A stretch of DNA of 64,000 nucleotides from an uncultured virus (IMG/VR IMGVR_UViG_3300031758_009617) (IMGVR_UViG_3300031758_009617), one strand, 5' to 3'; counted from the first letter of the stretch, positions 26,666 to 35,032 are shown. The notes: generated by a model from the letters alone, not told the origin. Translations and numbers: made by a program.

Positions 26666-27337
26666 TCATATTGCCAATAGTTCATCAATATTTAGAATAC
26701 GATAGTTAGGACCAATCACTGACCGATGCATATGCCCAGAGTAAATCATGGGATTACCCAGACGGTCCCAGATGCGTTGAATCACATCCATATTTACATC
26801 ATGCCAATCCTTGCCAACACCAAAATATAATTTACCACTATCATCAAAATGTGTCTTACACACAGATGTAGGAACATCATGGGTAATCAATACATCAATC
26901 TGTTTTCCTTCAGCATTTTCAAATAACCGTAATACTTCATGCCCTGAAATATTTTCTTCTTTATCCCAATGCCAACCTTCACGTAAACGCATATCTTTAT
27001 CAATACTGGCAGCACCACCCATGAAGGCGATAGTGCGCCCATCTATTTCCATAACCGTGCCACGTGGTATATAAAACAAATTGGCATCATGCCATACCCG
27101 TGTTACTGTTTCATAACGTACCCAGCGGCTACAATCATCATGATTTCCTTCAATGAAGTAAACAGGTATTGAAGAATTTTTACACATTTCATAAAATTCT
27201 CCTTCATTTCGTTTACCTTGAAATAACCCAAAATCGCCTACTTGAACGAGAGCTGTTGCATCACATTCCATTGCCTTCTGAATTGCAGAGCGAAGGCGTG
27301 ATGTATTACCATGAATATCGCCAAGAAGTAGAATCAT
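26666..27337 (-). CDS. Calcineurin-like metallophosphoesterase
   Basis: GDIHG, GDFG, GNHD, ITHD, GHMH. Confidence 0.9.
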   Translation of the reverse strand: MILLLGDIHGNTSRLRSAIQKAMECDATALVQVGDFGLFQGKRNEGEFYEMCKNSSIPVYFIEGNHDDCSRWVRYETVTRVWHDANLFYIPRGTVMEIDGRTIAFMGGAASIDKDMRLREGWHWDKEENISGHEVLRLFENAEGKQIDVLITHDVPTSVCKTHFDDSGKLYFGVGKDWHDVNMDVIQRIWDRLGNPMIYSGHMHRSVIGPNYRILNIDELLAI

Positions 27338-27362
27338 AACATCTCCTAACTATTGAAAAAAG

Positions 27363-27444
27363 CGGAAGGTGAGGGATTCGAACCCACATAACCTTTCGGT
27401 CGGCTGTTTAGTAGACAGCTGCAATACCATTATGCGAACCTTCC
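27363..27444 (-). tRNA. tRNA-Ser(ACT), unusual anticodon
   Basis: GCTGT-CTACTAA-ACAGC; long variable arm; G discriminator. Confidence 0.8.
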
Positions 27445-27449
27445 ATTAG

Positions 27450-27522
27450 CGCCCCTGGCAGGACTCGAACCCACAACCAAGAGAGTAGAAATCTCCTGCT
27501 CTTCCAATTGAGCTACAAGGGC
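27450..27522 (-). tRNA. tRNA-Arg(TCT)
   Basis: GGAGA-TTTCTAC-TCTCT. Confidence 0.88.
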
Positions 27523-27526
27523 AAAG

Positions 27527-27601
27527 TCGTCCCTCAGGGAGTTGAACCCCGGACCTTTCGTGTATCAGACGAACGCTCTAACCAAGCTGAGCTAAGGGAC
27601 G
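27527..27601 (-). tRNA. tRNA-Ile(GAT)
   Basis: TTCGT-CTGATAC-ACGAA. Confidence 0.88.
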
Positions 27602-27996
27602 ATGGATTGTGCAATTAAATTTTTAAACTTTGTGGTTGACCACCCGTGACTTCTATCAAGATAATGAATAGGTATTCCTAAATATTTTCCTGTAAATTCT
27701 TTATTGATATAATCATCACCTAAAAATCTAACGTTAATTTTTAATGATTGTAATGTTTTTACGAGGTCATCTTCAGTTTTATATACTATGACATCATCAA
27801 TATGACGGATACTCATTAGGATGTCTATACGTTCTTCAACTGAAAGAATAGGTTTTAATTTTTTTGGACGTTCAACACTAGGATCTTCATGTAACAGTAT
27901 GATAAAATAATCGCAATTCTTTTTACATTCCTGAAACATTTTTATATAACCAGGATGTATCACATCAAAATTACCAGCTATCGCGCCTATTTTCAT
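27592..27996 (-). CDS. Cytidylyltransferase (TagD/RfaE-like)
   Basis: GNFDVIHPGY, LGDDY, RSHGWSTT. Confidence 0.85.
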   Translation of the reverse strand: MKIGAIAGNFDVIHPGYIKMFQECKKNCDYFIILLHEDPSVERPKKLKPILSVEERIDILMSIRHIDDVIVYKTEDDLVKTLQSLKINVRFLGDDYINKEFTGKYLGIPIHYLDRSHGWSTTKFKNLIAQSIVP

Positions 27997-28011
27997 AATA
28001 TCCTCCAATCA

Positions 28012-28095
28012 TGGGGGTGGAAGGATTCGAACCTACTAGGCCTAATGGCGACAGATTTACAGTCTGTTGCAGTCCTCCAACTCTGCGGCACCCCC
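28012..28095 (-). tRNA. tRNA-Tyr(GTA)
   Basis: ACAGA-CTGTAAA-TCTGT; long variable arm. Confidence 0.88.
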
Positions 28096-28103
28096 AAAGT
28101 TAG

Positions 28104-28179
28104 TAGCACGGGTGGGACTTGAACCCACATAAACCCGCCTTATGAGAGCGGTGCCTCAGCCAGTTCAGACCACCGTGCC
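28104..28179 (-). tRNA. tRNA-Met/Ile2(CAT), elongator type
   Basis: CCGCT-CTCATAA-GGCGG; no initiator GGG/CCC stem. Confidence 0.85.
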
Positions 28180-28334
28180 ATTTTTCTTTGTTCCAACTCT
28201 TGTAATATAACAGTTTTTTCTTCGTTTGTCAAGTGTCTCCATTTGACAATTTCATCTATATGCCGGAAACAACCAAAACAATAATCATCTTGGAGTTTAC
28301 ATTGTTTGACACAAGGACTTTTAACTTTTTTCAT
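28140..28334 (-). CDS. DUF1289-like Cys protein
   Basis: SPCVKQC...CFGCFRHIDEI..W. Confidence 0.8.
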   Translation of the reverse strand: MKKVKSPCVKQCKLQDDYCFGCFRHIDEIVKWRHLTNEEKTVILQELEQRKMARWSELAEAPLS

Positions 28335-28335
28335 A

Positions 28336-28409
28336 CGGGATGGACGGGGGTCGAACCCGCGACCTTCCGAGTGACAGTCGGATGCTCTAACCAACTGAGC
28401 TACCACCCC
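28336..28409 (-). tRNA. tRNA-Asp(GTC)
   Basis: TCCGA-CTGTCAC-TCGGA. Confidence 0.92.
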
Positions 28410-28413
28410 AGTG

Positions 28414-29010
28414 TTATGGAATATATGTGAACTCCACAACGATACAAATTCTTGGTTCATCATTATCATGTTCAGATACAGCATGAGAAATTTCTGTATC
28501 ATGTAGTACTAATTCACCTGTTCGCGTTCCTGCAAATACAACATCACCTATTGCATAATCTGAAATCTTTGTCATGTACACACCGTCGCGCACAAACACT
28601 AAATCACTTCCATTCTCTGGGATATTCACATAAAACACACCAACGCCGTGATTGGGACCTCTGTGATTGTGTGTCTGTCCTTCACACCCACGAAACATTT
28701 TATTTGTCCATGTGCGAACAAATTGAATACTGGTGGGTGTGAAATCTACGAAATGGGGTGCTGCTTCCATTAATCGTTCATGAATCCAACGCTCTAGATT
28801 TTCCGCACCGGGCAACTTCAAAGGAAGTAGAAAATTCTTTCCTACTGTTGTTTGGGCATCACCCACCTGTTCATTCGAAACGGTGTCTCGCATTGCTGGG
28901 TGATTGAACAATCTATTTAAATTATGAAGAAAATTTTCATTGGTGTAAAACTCCACTTCATCACATTGAAACCGAATAATTTTTCTGTTGAATACATGTT
29001 CTACTTTCAT
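28414..29010 (-). CDS. 2OG-Fe(II) oxygenase-like protein
   Basis: WTN, HNH, GVFYV, HAV...RICI. Confidence 0.8.
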   Translation of the reverse strand: MKVEHVFNRKIIRFQCDEVEFYTNENFLHNLNRLFNHPAMRDTVSNEQVGDAQTTVGKNFLLPLKLPGAENLERWIHERLMEAAPHFVDFTPTSIQFVRTWTNKMFRGCEGQTHNHRGPNHGVGVFYVNIPENGSDLVFVRDGVYMTKISDYAIGDVVFAGTRTGELVLHDTEISHAVSEHDNDEPRICIVVEFTYIP

Positions 29011-30557
29011 GATTCTCTCAACACCTCAGGGTGACGCTTCTTAATATACTCTATAATGAAAGCATGGTCAACACATTCAGAGGTGAGTTTCTCCATCTCA
29101 AAAGTCTTGAATAGCTTATCATTTTTATATTTATCGGCGCCAAAAATCTCTAGCTGATATTCATACATTTGACGCGCACCCAACAATCCAAAATAGTTAA
29201 TACCCGCTCCCACCTGCATATAACTAGCAACACCAAAATATTTTCTTTCGAATCTTCCTGATGTTAACTCAGCATACATGAAATAATATTTTTCAGGTGG
29301 AGCATTGTTCACACGAAAGTTTCTCCAAAAATCTGTATCATCTCGCTTCGTTAGATAATGAAAATAAATGAATGCACAAATTTCCTTATTCATTTCACGG
29401 ACTTCGTTGTTGTATGAATCAACATACGAGAAATTCTTCAACAGATATCCTTCAAAATATTTCACGAACATGCGAAGTGACATGGTTGTTACCCAAATAC
29501 TTGTAGCTTCCAGAGGTTCAATGAAGTTTGCTGCCAATCCCATTGCCAAAACATTGTGTCTCCAAGGGCGATAGAATGACCCAGGAGTGAATGAGAATGT
29601 TTTCGGTGAAGTGATTTCATGTCCAACAAGTTCTTCAATTTCCTGTTTTGCTTGTTCATCAGTAATTAATCGGCCATCAAACACATAACCACACCCATAA
29701 CGTTCACCCACAGGGATTTTCCACATCCAACCATACTTCATGGCAATTGCCTCGGTGTATGGAGGAATTTTTTCTTCCGTGCGAGGTAAGAAAAATGGAA
29801 GTGCACGATTTACAGGAAGATGATTTTCATATGATTCCCAATATTCCTGATAATGTTTTCCAAGAATTAATCTATGGAATCCAGAACAATCGAACACGAA
29901 ATCAGGATGTAGTACTGCGCCGTTATCCAATCGGATATCAGAAATGTTATGGGTGAAATCTTCTGTCACCGATGTCACCTTTGCATCTATCAATTCAATG
30001 CCACGGGACACACCAACATTTTTTAAATATTGCGCCAATAAACGAGCATCAAAGTGTAGTCCTGTATGCCCAAGCTGTGTGAAATGTTCATAGGGATCAC
30101 TAGTTTTCTTTCCGTTTGTCTTATACTTGACATCATTGTTAGAAGAAACTTGTGCACTGAAATTCACACCATCTAAATTTTTTCCTGCCGCTAGAGCTTC
30201 TAAATGTGGTAAAGAAAAGTCAAAGTATGGCACCTTGGGATGTTCAATGGTAACTTCACCTGGATCGGAAAAACCATGAAAATAATGTTCACCGTCGCCG
30301 TTCCAATTGGTGAACTTAATCCCATTTTTAAATGTGCCTTGGGCATGATACACAATATCAGCAGGAGAAATATCAATGCTCTGCAAGAATTCAATGAAAT
30401 TCCAAACAGTGCCTTCGCCCGCACCTAGAATACCGATATCACTACTTTCAATCACCGTGATGTGTGCCTTGGGGATATTCTTTTTCAGAAATAGAGCTGA
30501 CAACCAACCAGCAGTCCCGCCACCCACAACAACAAATTTATAATTATCAGGAATCAT
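29007..30557 (-). CDS. Tryptophan halogenase-family flavoprotein
   Basis: GGGTAGW, GAGEGT, FKNGIKF, HFDA, DCSGF, GWMWKIP, FIEPLEATS. Confidence 0.9.
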   Translation of the reverse strand: MIPDNYKFVVVGGGTAGWLSALFLKKNIPKAHITVIESSDIGILGAGEGTVWNFIEFLQSIDISPADIVYHAQGTFKNGIKFTNWNGDGEHYFHGFSDPGEVTIEHPKVPYFDFSLPHLEALAAGKNLDGVNFSAQVSSNNDVKYKTNGKKTSDPYEHFTQLGHTGLHFDARLLAQYLKNVGVSRGIELIDAKVTSVTEDFTHNISDIRLDNGAVLHPDFVFDCSGFHRLILGKHYQEYWESYENHLPVNRALPFFLPRTEEKIPPYTEAIAMKYGWMWKIPVGERYGCGYVFDGRLITDEQAKQEIEELVGHEITSPKTFSFTPGSFYRPWRHNVLAMGLAANFIEPLEATSIWVTTMSLRMFVKYFEGYLLKNFSYVDSYNNEVREMNKEICAFIYFHYLTKRDDTDFWRNFRVNNAPPEKYYFMYAELTSGRFERKYFGVASYMQVGAGINYFGLLGARQMYEYQLEIFGADKYKNDKLFKTFEMEKLTSECVDHAFIIEYIKKRHPEVLRES

Positions 30558-30907
30558 AGTATGTGTTTTGCAAGTACCATACAACTAATCCATGCCCATA
30601 ATGTATTGAATCCTACCAGGGTGGGGAGAAGTTTTTTATTACTTGCCCAAATTAAGGTTAAACTTGTGAACAGCGTAAAGAAATATAACCACCAGATACT
30701 AACATTGAAGATTAATCCTGGGACAATGATAATAGCCTTGGCAAACCAGCTCAAGGCTTCAACAATGTTATAATTGGTCCAATATTCTCGTTTCGTCCAT
30801 AACAAATAACATTCACGAACCTTTTCCCATCCTATGTGTTTATACACAACAAGAGTGAGAATGATCCATACACCTGTGGCAATGATAAACTTATTTACAG
30901 AGTCCAT
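30554..30907 (-). CDS. Membrane protein
   Basis: Several TMs. Confidence 0.6.
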   Translation of the reverse strand: MDSVNKFIIATGVWIILTLVVYKHIGWEKVRECYLLWTKREYWTNYNIVEALSWFAKAIIIVPGLIFNVSIWWLYFFTLFTSLTLIWASNKKLLPTLVGFNTLWAWISCMVLAKHIL

Positions 30908-31250
30908 GTTTCACCGGTCTCCCATTTTCATCAACAGCAACAAAAATCATTTCATCAATATTAACAATAACACGCTGAGTTGTCAAGTCCCGTACCTGAA
31001 CCTCAAGCGTGATGCTCGTCTTGCCTACTTTCTTTAGTGCAACGCCAATTTCAACAATGTCTCCTTGAAAGGCAGGAGCAATGAAGTTGATGGCGGAGAT
31101 GCTTTTGGTAACAACTCTACGATGACGTAATTCAATACTGGCGTAGATTGCGGCCTCTTCATCAATCCACGCCAAACATCTTCCTCCAAACAAGGTACTG
31201 CCCGCATTTAAATCACCGGGTTGTACGAGCTTTCGTGTGAGAAATCTCAT
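30891..31250 (-). CDS. Acyl-CoA thioesterase (hotdog, YciA-like)
   Basis: DLNAGSTLFGG..LAWIDE; FVAVDENGRP. Confidence 0.88.
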   Translation of the reverse strand: MRFLTRKLVQPGDLNAGSTLFGGRCLAWIDEEAAIYASIELRHRRVVTKSISAINFIAPAFQGDIVEIGVALKKVGKTSITLEVQVRDLTTQRVIVNIDEMIFVAVDENGRPVKHGLCK

Positions 31251-31516
31251 AGAAAAAATTCATCATCAGTGCTAGATACAGAACTGCCGAGTGTGAATTT
31301 TTTTTCACGATATTCATCAAGTTCACGATATTCATCAGCCAAATTAATGATGGTCTCTTTCCAAGAGTCAGGACAAAAGGTTAATCCAATAGCCAGTACA
31401 CGGCATGCATCAAGAAATTCATTCAACGTGATGTCAGCAGGAAGTTCTACTGTAATCTTGTTGTTGTAACTCTGAGCGGTGAGTGTGGTCTTTTCATATT
31501 CATATTTTTTATACAT
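31247..31516 (-). CDS. Hypothetical protein
   Basis: Packed ORF. Confidence 0.5.
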   Translation of the reverse strand: MYKKYEYEKTTLTAQSYNNKITVELPADITLNEFLDACRVLAIGLTFCPDSWKETIINLADEYRELDEYREKKFTLGSSVSSTDDEFFL

Positions 31517-31519
31517 GAT

Positions 31520-31915
31520 TTAGTCCCATAAACTTTCGTAATATTTTCCAAACAATCGAAGTCCATTAATGATACGTACTTGGTTTACATATTTTTCCAC
31601 CCAAGTACAATTTTGTTTACTTTCAAACGCAAAAATCATTTCATCAAGAACATAATCCCACCGCTTGAAATGATTGTCATCCGTATCCCACTCATTTTCA
31701 GTTGGTGGAGCTGCTGATTTGCGGAGGTGTTCAGGTACATCTTCGTCATCAACATATGGCGCGCCCTGTTTTGTTTCCTTCAATTGCTTGAGCATAGGAA
31801 GAATGATATGCGCCAATGTCACATCCATACTCCACGTATCCCATGGATCAATTTTCACAGAAATCTTCCGTTCTTTGTTTGGATCTTTTGGATAGCGACC
31901 AATGGAAACTTTCAT
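31520..31915 (-). CDS. Conserved T4-like hypothetical protein
   Basis: DTWSMD.TLA.II.PML, WDYVLDEMIFAF, LFGKYY..LWD. Confidence 0.75.
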   Translation of the reverse strand: MKVSIGRYPKDPNKERKISVKIDPWDTWSMDVTLAHIILPMLKQLKETKQGAPYVDDEDVPEHLRKSAAPPTENEWDTDDNHFKRWDYVLDEMIFAFESKQNCTWVEKYVNQVRIINGLRLFGKYYESLWD

Positions 31916-31916
31916 A

Positions 31917-32192
31917 TTAAAACCAGCGAATCATACCAATCATATCAATGAGTAGCCAAACGGCATTGACAATAACCATGGGATAATCATGCTTCTTATA
32001 GAAGCTATGTAACATGCCTCCATGACCAAAAAAGAAAAACACATAGGGAATAAACAGAGGTACAGGTAATCTACCCGCAAGAATAACACCGCCAATAATC
32101 AGCAGTACCACCGCCCACCACTTGCGTTTCACAATAATGTGTTCTTCTGTTTCTGTTAACGTTCTGGGTTTTGCAAATAAAATGTCTTTCAT
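31917..32192 (-). CDS. Membrane protein
   Basis: Three TMs. Confidence 0.6.
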   Translation of the reverse strand: MKDILFAKPRTLTETEEHIIVKRKWWAVVLLIIGGVILAGRLPVPLFIPYVFFFFGHGGMLHSFYKKHDYPMVIVNAVWLLIDMIGMIRWF

Positions 32193-32215
32193 AATATCTC
32201 ATTAAGTTAAATTAG

Positions 32216-32288
32216 CTCCCAGAGAGGGACTTGAACCCCCGACCCGGTGATTAACAGTCACCTGCTCTACCGACTGAGCTATCTGGGA
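32216..32288 (-). tRNA. tRNA-Asn(GTT)
   Basis: GGTGA-CTGTTAA-TCACC. Confidence 0.92.
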
Positions 32289-32303
32289 ATGGTTGCACTA
32301 CAA

Positions 32304-32376
32304 TGCCTCCGGACGGAGTCGAACCGCCGACGCCCAGCTCTTCAGGCTGGCGCTCTACCAACTGAGCTACAGAGGC
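32304..32376 (-). tRNA. tRNA-Phe(GAA)
   Basis: CCAGC-CTGAAGA-GCTGG. Confidence 0.92.
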
Positions 32377-32385
32377 GTTTCAAAG

Positions 32386-32458
32386 AGCGGGAGATGGGAC
32401 TCGAACCCACGACAACTTGCTTGGCAAGCAAGTACTCTACCAACTGAGCTACACCCGC
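32386..32458 (-). tRNA. tRNA-Gly(GCC)
   Basis: CTTGC-TTGCCAA-GCAAG. Confidence 0.92.
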
Positions 32459-32473
32459 AACAGCAAAACAATG

Positions 32474-32545
32474 TGCCCCGACTAGGACTCGAACCTAGAA
32501 CCTGGTGATTAAGAGTCACATGCTCTACCATTGAGCTATCGAGGC
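32474..32545 (-). tRNA. tRNA-Lys(CTT)
   Basis: GTGA-CTCTTAA-TCAC. Confidence 0.9.
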
Positions 32546-32550
32546 AAAAG

Positions 32551-32623
32551 AGCTAGCAGACGGGTTTGAACCGACGACCTGCTGATTACAAATCAGCTGC
32601 TCTACCAACTGAGCTATGCTAGC
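32551..32623 (-). tRNA. tRNA-Thr(TGT)
   Basis: GCTGA-TTTGTAA-TCAGC. Confidence 0.92.
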
Positions 32624-32640
32624 GTACATCTATTTAGACA

Positions 32641-32712
32641 AGCACGTGATGGGAGTCGAACCCATGTCTCTAGCTTGGAAGGCTAGGATAATAGCCGTTA
32701 TATGACACGTGC
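32641..32712 (-). tRNA. tRNA-Gly(TCC)
   Basis: CTAGC-CTTCCAA-GCTAG. Confidence 0.9.
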
Positions 32713-32719
32713 AACTACT

Positions 32720-32929
32720 TTATTCAGAAAAATACTTATCCAATGTTTCCAACTTATCTTCGGCATCAACAAGCATCTGTAATGCTTCTTCTGCGTTCTT
32801 ATAGAAATCACCTGTTGAGTGGTCACCGATACCTACCGGATGATTCATCAATAACTCCAATGAAAGTAGCGCCTTCTCACGTTCTGCTTCGGCCTGTGTG
32901 CGAAGCATATTGATAATTCTTTGTTTCAT
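32720..32929 (-). CDS. Conserved phage hypothetical protein
   Basis: HPVGIGDHST motif. Confidence 0.7.
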   Translation of the reverse strand: MKQRIINMLRTQAEAEREKALLSLELLMNHPVGIGDHSTGDFYKNAEEALQMLVDAEDKLETLDKYFSE

Positions 32930-32953
32930 ATATCTCTCCGTACCATAATGTAA

Positions 32954-33026
32954 TCCGCCTGGATGGAATTGAACCATCTACCAACCGTTTATAAGACGGC
33001 CACTCTAACCGATGAGCTACAGGCGG
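32954..33026 (-). tRNA. tRNA-Ile(TAT)
   Basis: GCCGT-CTTATAA-ACGGT; A discriminator. Confidence 0.85.
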
Positions 33027-33084
33027 AATATATTACCAGTGGACTTAAGGTCTGATTGGTTTCCGTTGCTCATCGTCCTACAAG

Positions 33085-33158
33085 TGCACCCCCTGGGATT
33101 CGAACCCAGCCCTAAAAGATTAAAAGTCTCTTGTGCTAACCGCTGACACTAGGGGTGC
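33085..33158 (-). tRNA. tRNA-Lys(TTT)
   Basis: AGAGA-CTTTTAA-TCTTT. Confidence 0.88.
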
Positions 33159-33174
33159 ATTACTACATTAATAC

Positions 33175-33280
33175 ATAGTTGGGACGGAACCCGTAGGAGC
33201 CCTACGCACCGGTGTTACGACCAGTTCATACCGTCATTGAGGGAGCTAACGTGAAGTGGGTGTGCTTCACTGCCAACTAT
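33175..33280 (-). ncRNA. Candidate structured ncRNA A (106 nt)
   Basis: 8-bp closing stem ATAGTTGG/CCAACTAT plus four internal helices. Confidence 0.55.
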
Positions 33281-33290
33281 TTTACTACAG

Positions 33291-33373
33291 TGCTCCGAGT
33301 CGGAATCGAACCGACAAGCCTTTGGGGCGGGAGATTTTAAGTCTCCTGTGTTTACCGATTTCACCATCGGAGC
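33291..33373 (-). tRNA. tRNA-Leu(TAA)
   Basis: GGAGA-CTTAAAA-TCTCC. Confidence 0.9.
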
Positions 33374-33451
33374 ATTTCATTACTGCCATTCATTCATTTT
33401 CAATTAACATATGTAATATACTACAGTGTACTTCATTTGTCAAGCCCTTCA

Positions 33452-33534
33452 TGCGCCCAGAGGGAGTTGAACCCCCACGGTTCTTCACCGCCAGATCCTA
33501 AGTCTGGTGCGTCTGCCAGTTCCGCCATGAGCGC
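33452..33534 (-). tRNA. tRNA-Leu(TAG)
   Basis: CCAGA-CTTAGGA-TCTGG. Confidence 0.9.
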
Positions 33535-33537
33535 GCA

Positions 33538-33610
33538 CACGCCGGGAGGGAATCGAACCCCCAACCCCTGGTTTTGGAGACCAGTGCTCTACCAATTGAG
33601 CTACCGACGC
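33538..33610 (-). tRNA. tRNA-Trp(CCA)
   Basis: CTGGT-CTCCAAA-ACCAG. Confidence 0.9.
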
Positions 33611-33985
33611 TCATTCATCTACTTCTTCAATTTCTACAGGACCGTAGAATGTAATCTCTGAGTCATATGCTTCCCAACCTGCCTCATCCAAGAACATTAC
33701 TTCTTCAAGAAGTTTCTGTTCTTTTTTCGATAATTCTTCCACCCCATACCTATCTGACCAACATCCATCATTTAAGTTATGGTCTGTGATGTTAAAATCA
33801 CCTGCAACTAATGGTTCACCTTCTTTCCAACCATTCTCACGGGGGTCATCTTCAACAATCACCTCACCCCACCGATACCATACTTCATCTTCCAGATATA
33901 TCTTTTTCCCATTGTGTAGCGTTTTCATCCAATAGGTTTTATCAGATACATCCTTCTTTTCAGAATTTGTAATTTTATAAGGCAT
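33611..33985 (-). CDS. Hypothetical protein
   Basis: GAGG RBS; acidic. Confidence 0.6.
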   Translation of the reverse strand: MPYKITNSEKKDVSDKTYWMKTLHNGKKIYLEDEVWYRWGEVIVEDDPRENGWKEGEPLVAGDFNITDHNLNDGCWSDRYGVEELSKKEQKLLEEVMFLDEAGWEAYDSEITFYGPVEIEEVDE

Positions 33986-34006
33986 CAGTACCTCATGATA
34001 AAGTCA

Positions 34007-34091
34007 CGGACAGTGAGGGATTCGAACTCTCGGTACCTTTCAGTACGGCGGTTTTCAAGACCGCTGCAATAGACCACTCTGCCAACTGTCC
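34007..34091 (-). tRNA. tRNA-Ser(TGA)
   Basis: GCGGT-CTTGAAA-ACCGC; long variable arm. Confidence 0.9.
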
Positions 34092-34094
34092 TTA

Positions 34095-34177
34095 TGCTCC
34101 GGGCGAGACTCGAACTCGCAATCCCGGGTGGGAAGCGGTTTTTGAGACCGCCGCGTATACCATTCCGCCACCAGAGC
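34095..34177 (-). tRNA. tRNA-Leu(CAA)
   Basis: GCGGT-CTCAAAA-ACCGC. Confidence 0.9.
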
Positions 34178-34393
34178 CTAATCAAGAATACATGTTTTGT
34201 CTTGCCATGACACCCGTTCAGGGTGACATATGATTCTCCACATACCTATTTTATCTTTTTCTGATTTTCTTGTTGTGTATGATTTACAATTGATGATGAC
34301 ATCGGTTGCCTCATGTCGCACATCATTAATATGCACAATCCATATACAATTGTCAAGTGTCTTTACATGAGCATGTATGGTAACTGTATTCAT
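34178..34393 (-). CDS. Hypothetical protein
   Basis: AGGAG RBS. Confidence 0.55.
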   Translation of the reverse strand: MNTVTIHAHVKTLDNCIWIVHINDVRHEATDVIINCKSYTTRKSEKDKIGMWRIICHPERVSWQDKTCILD

Positions 34394-34407
34394 GTTTCTC
34401 CTTGTTA

Positions 34408-34481
34408 TGGGTAGTGAGGGACTCGAACCCCCGACCCTCTCGGTGTAAACGAGATGCTCTAACCAACTGAGCTAACCACCC
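34408..34481 (-). tRNA. tRNA-Val(TAC)
   Basis: TCTCG-TTTACAC-CGAGA. Confidence 0.92.
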
Positions 34482-34485
34482 AATA

Positions 34486-34558
34486 TGGATCCAGTCGGGA
34501 TCGAACCGACGACCTTTCGCTTGCAAAGCGGACGCTCTCCCAGCTGAGCTATGGACCC
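34486..34558 (-). tRNA. tRNA-Ala(TGC)
   Basis: CGC-TTTGCAA-GCG; G3-U70. Confidence 0.92.
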
Positions 34559-34562
34559 GTGA

Positions 34563-34582
34563 GTAGGTCCCGAAGGACCTAC
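34563..34582 (-). terminator. Hairpin with CUUCGG tetraloop
   Basis: GTAGGTCC-TTCG-GGACCTAC right after a stop codon; no U-tract, so possibly a stabiliser or processing signal. Confidence 0.55.
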
Positions 34583-34586
34583 TTTG

Positions 34587-34757
34587 TTACTTGGCTACCA
34601 CTGTGTCAAGTGGTGTGCTGGTTACTGCACTGTCAGGAACCGTTACAGCAGCTGCCGTATCAGCAGGGGCGGCAACTGTGGTATCAACTGCGGTTTCTTC
34701 CTTGCTACCACAAGCGGCAAGACCAACAAGTGCTACTGCAAAAATCATATTACGCAT
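34587..34757 (-). CDS. 56-aa lipoprotein MRNMIFAVALVGLAACGSKEE... (not in ORF track)
   Basis: AAGGAG RBS; LAAC lipobox; Ala/Thr/Asp-rich tail. Confidence 0.75.
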   Translation of the reverse strand: MRNMIFAVALVGLAACGSKEETAVDTTVAAPADTAAAVTVPDSAVTSTPLDTVVAK

Positions 34758-34796
34758 ATTATCTCCTTTGTTTGTTTTTTATTGACGGGTACTACA

Positions 34797-34867
34797 TTGC
34801 CCTCCATGGAATCGAACCACGATTCGTTGATCCAAAGTCAACTGTATTGCCATTATACGAGAGGGCA
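34797..34867 (-). tRNA. tRNA-Gln(TTG)
   Basis: GTTGA-CTTTGGA-TCAAC. Confidence 0.9.
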
Positions 34868-35032
34868 GTAGAGGGGTGACAATTGAGGTATGTTCCAGAT
34901 ACCCAAGGATGTCGCGCGGTCTAGACCCGCTCCCCTTAACCTTTTGCAACATCCGAGACGTTGCCAAGCCCATATTCCTGCGCCGAATATGAATAGCGGT
35001 AGAGTTCTGCATTTAACGTCAAATCACCCTAC
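34868..35032 (-). ncRNA. Candidate structured ncRNA B (165 nt)
   Basis: Closing stem GGGTGAT/GTCACCC and four hairpins with G-U pairs. Confidence 0.55.

Noticed and set aside
32247..32508. ORFs over tRNA genes (also 33256-33661, 33985-34185)
   Set aside because: Spurious translations of tRNA sequence
33030..33083. Third ncRNA or micro-ORF between tRNAs
   Set aside because: Only a weak hairpin and an 18-codon ORF; insufficient support
33291..34091. Suppressor tRNAs (TAA, TAG, TGA in loops)
   Set aside because: These are anticodons for Leu UUA, Leu CUA and Ser UCA; suppressors need TTA, CTA or TCA; ORFs use the standard code
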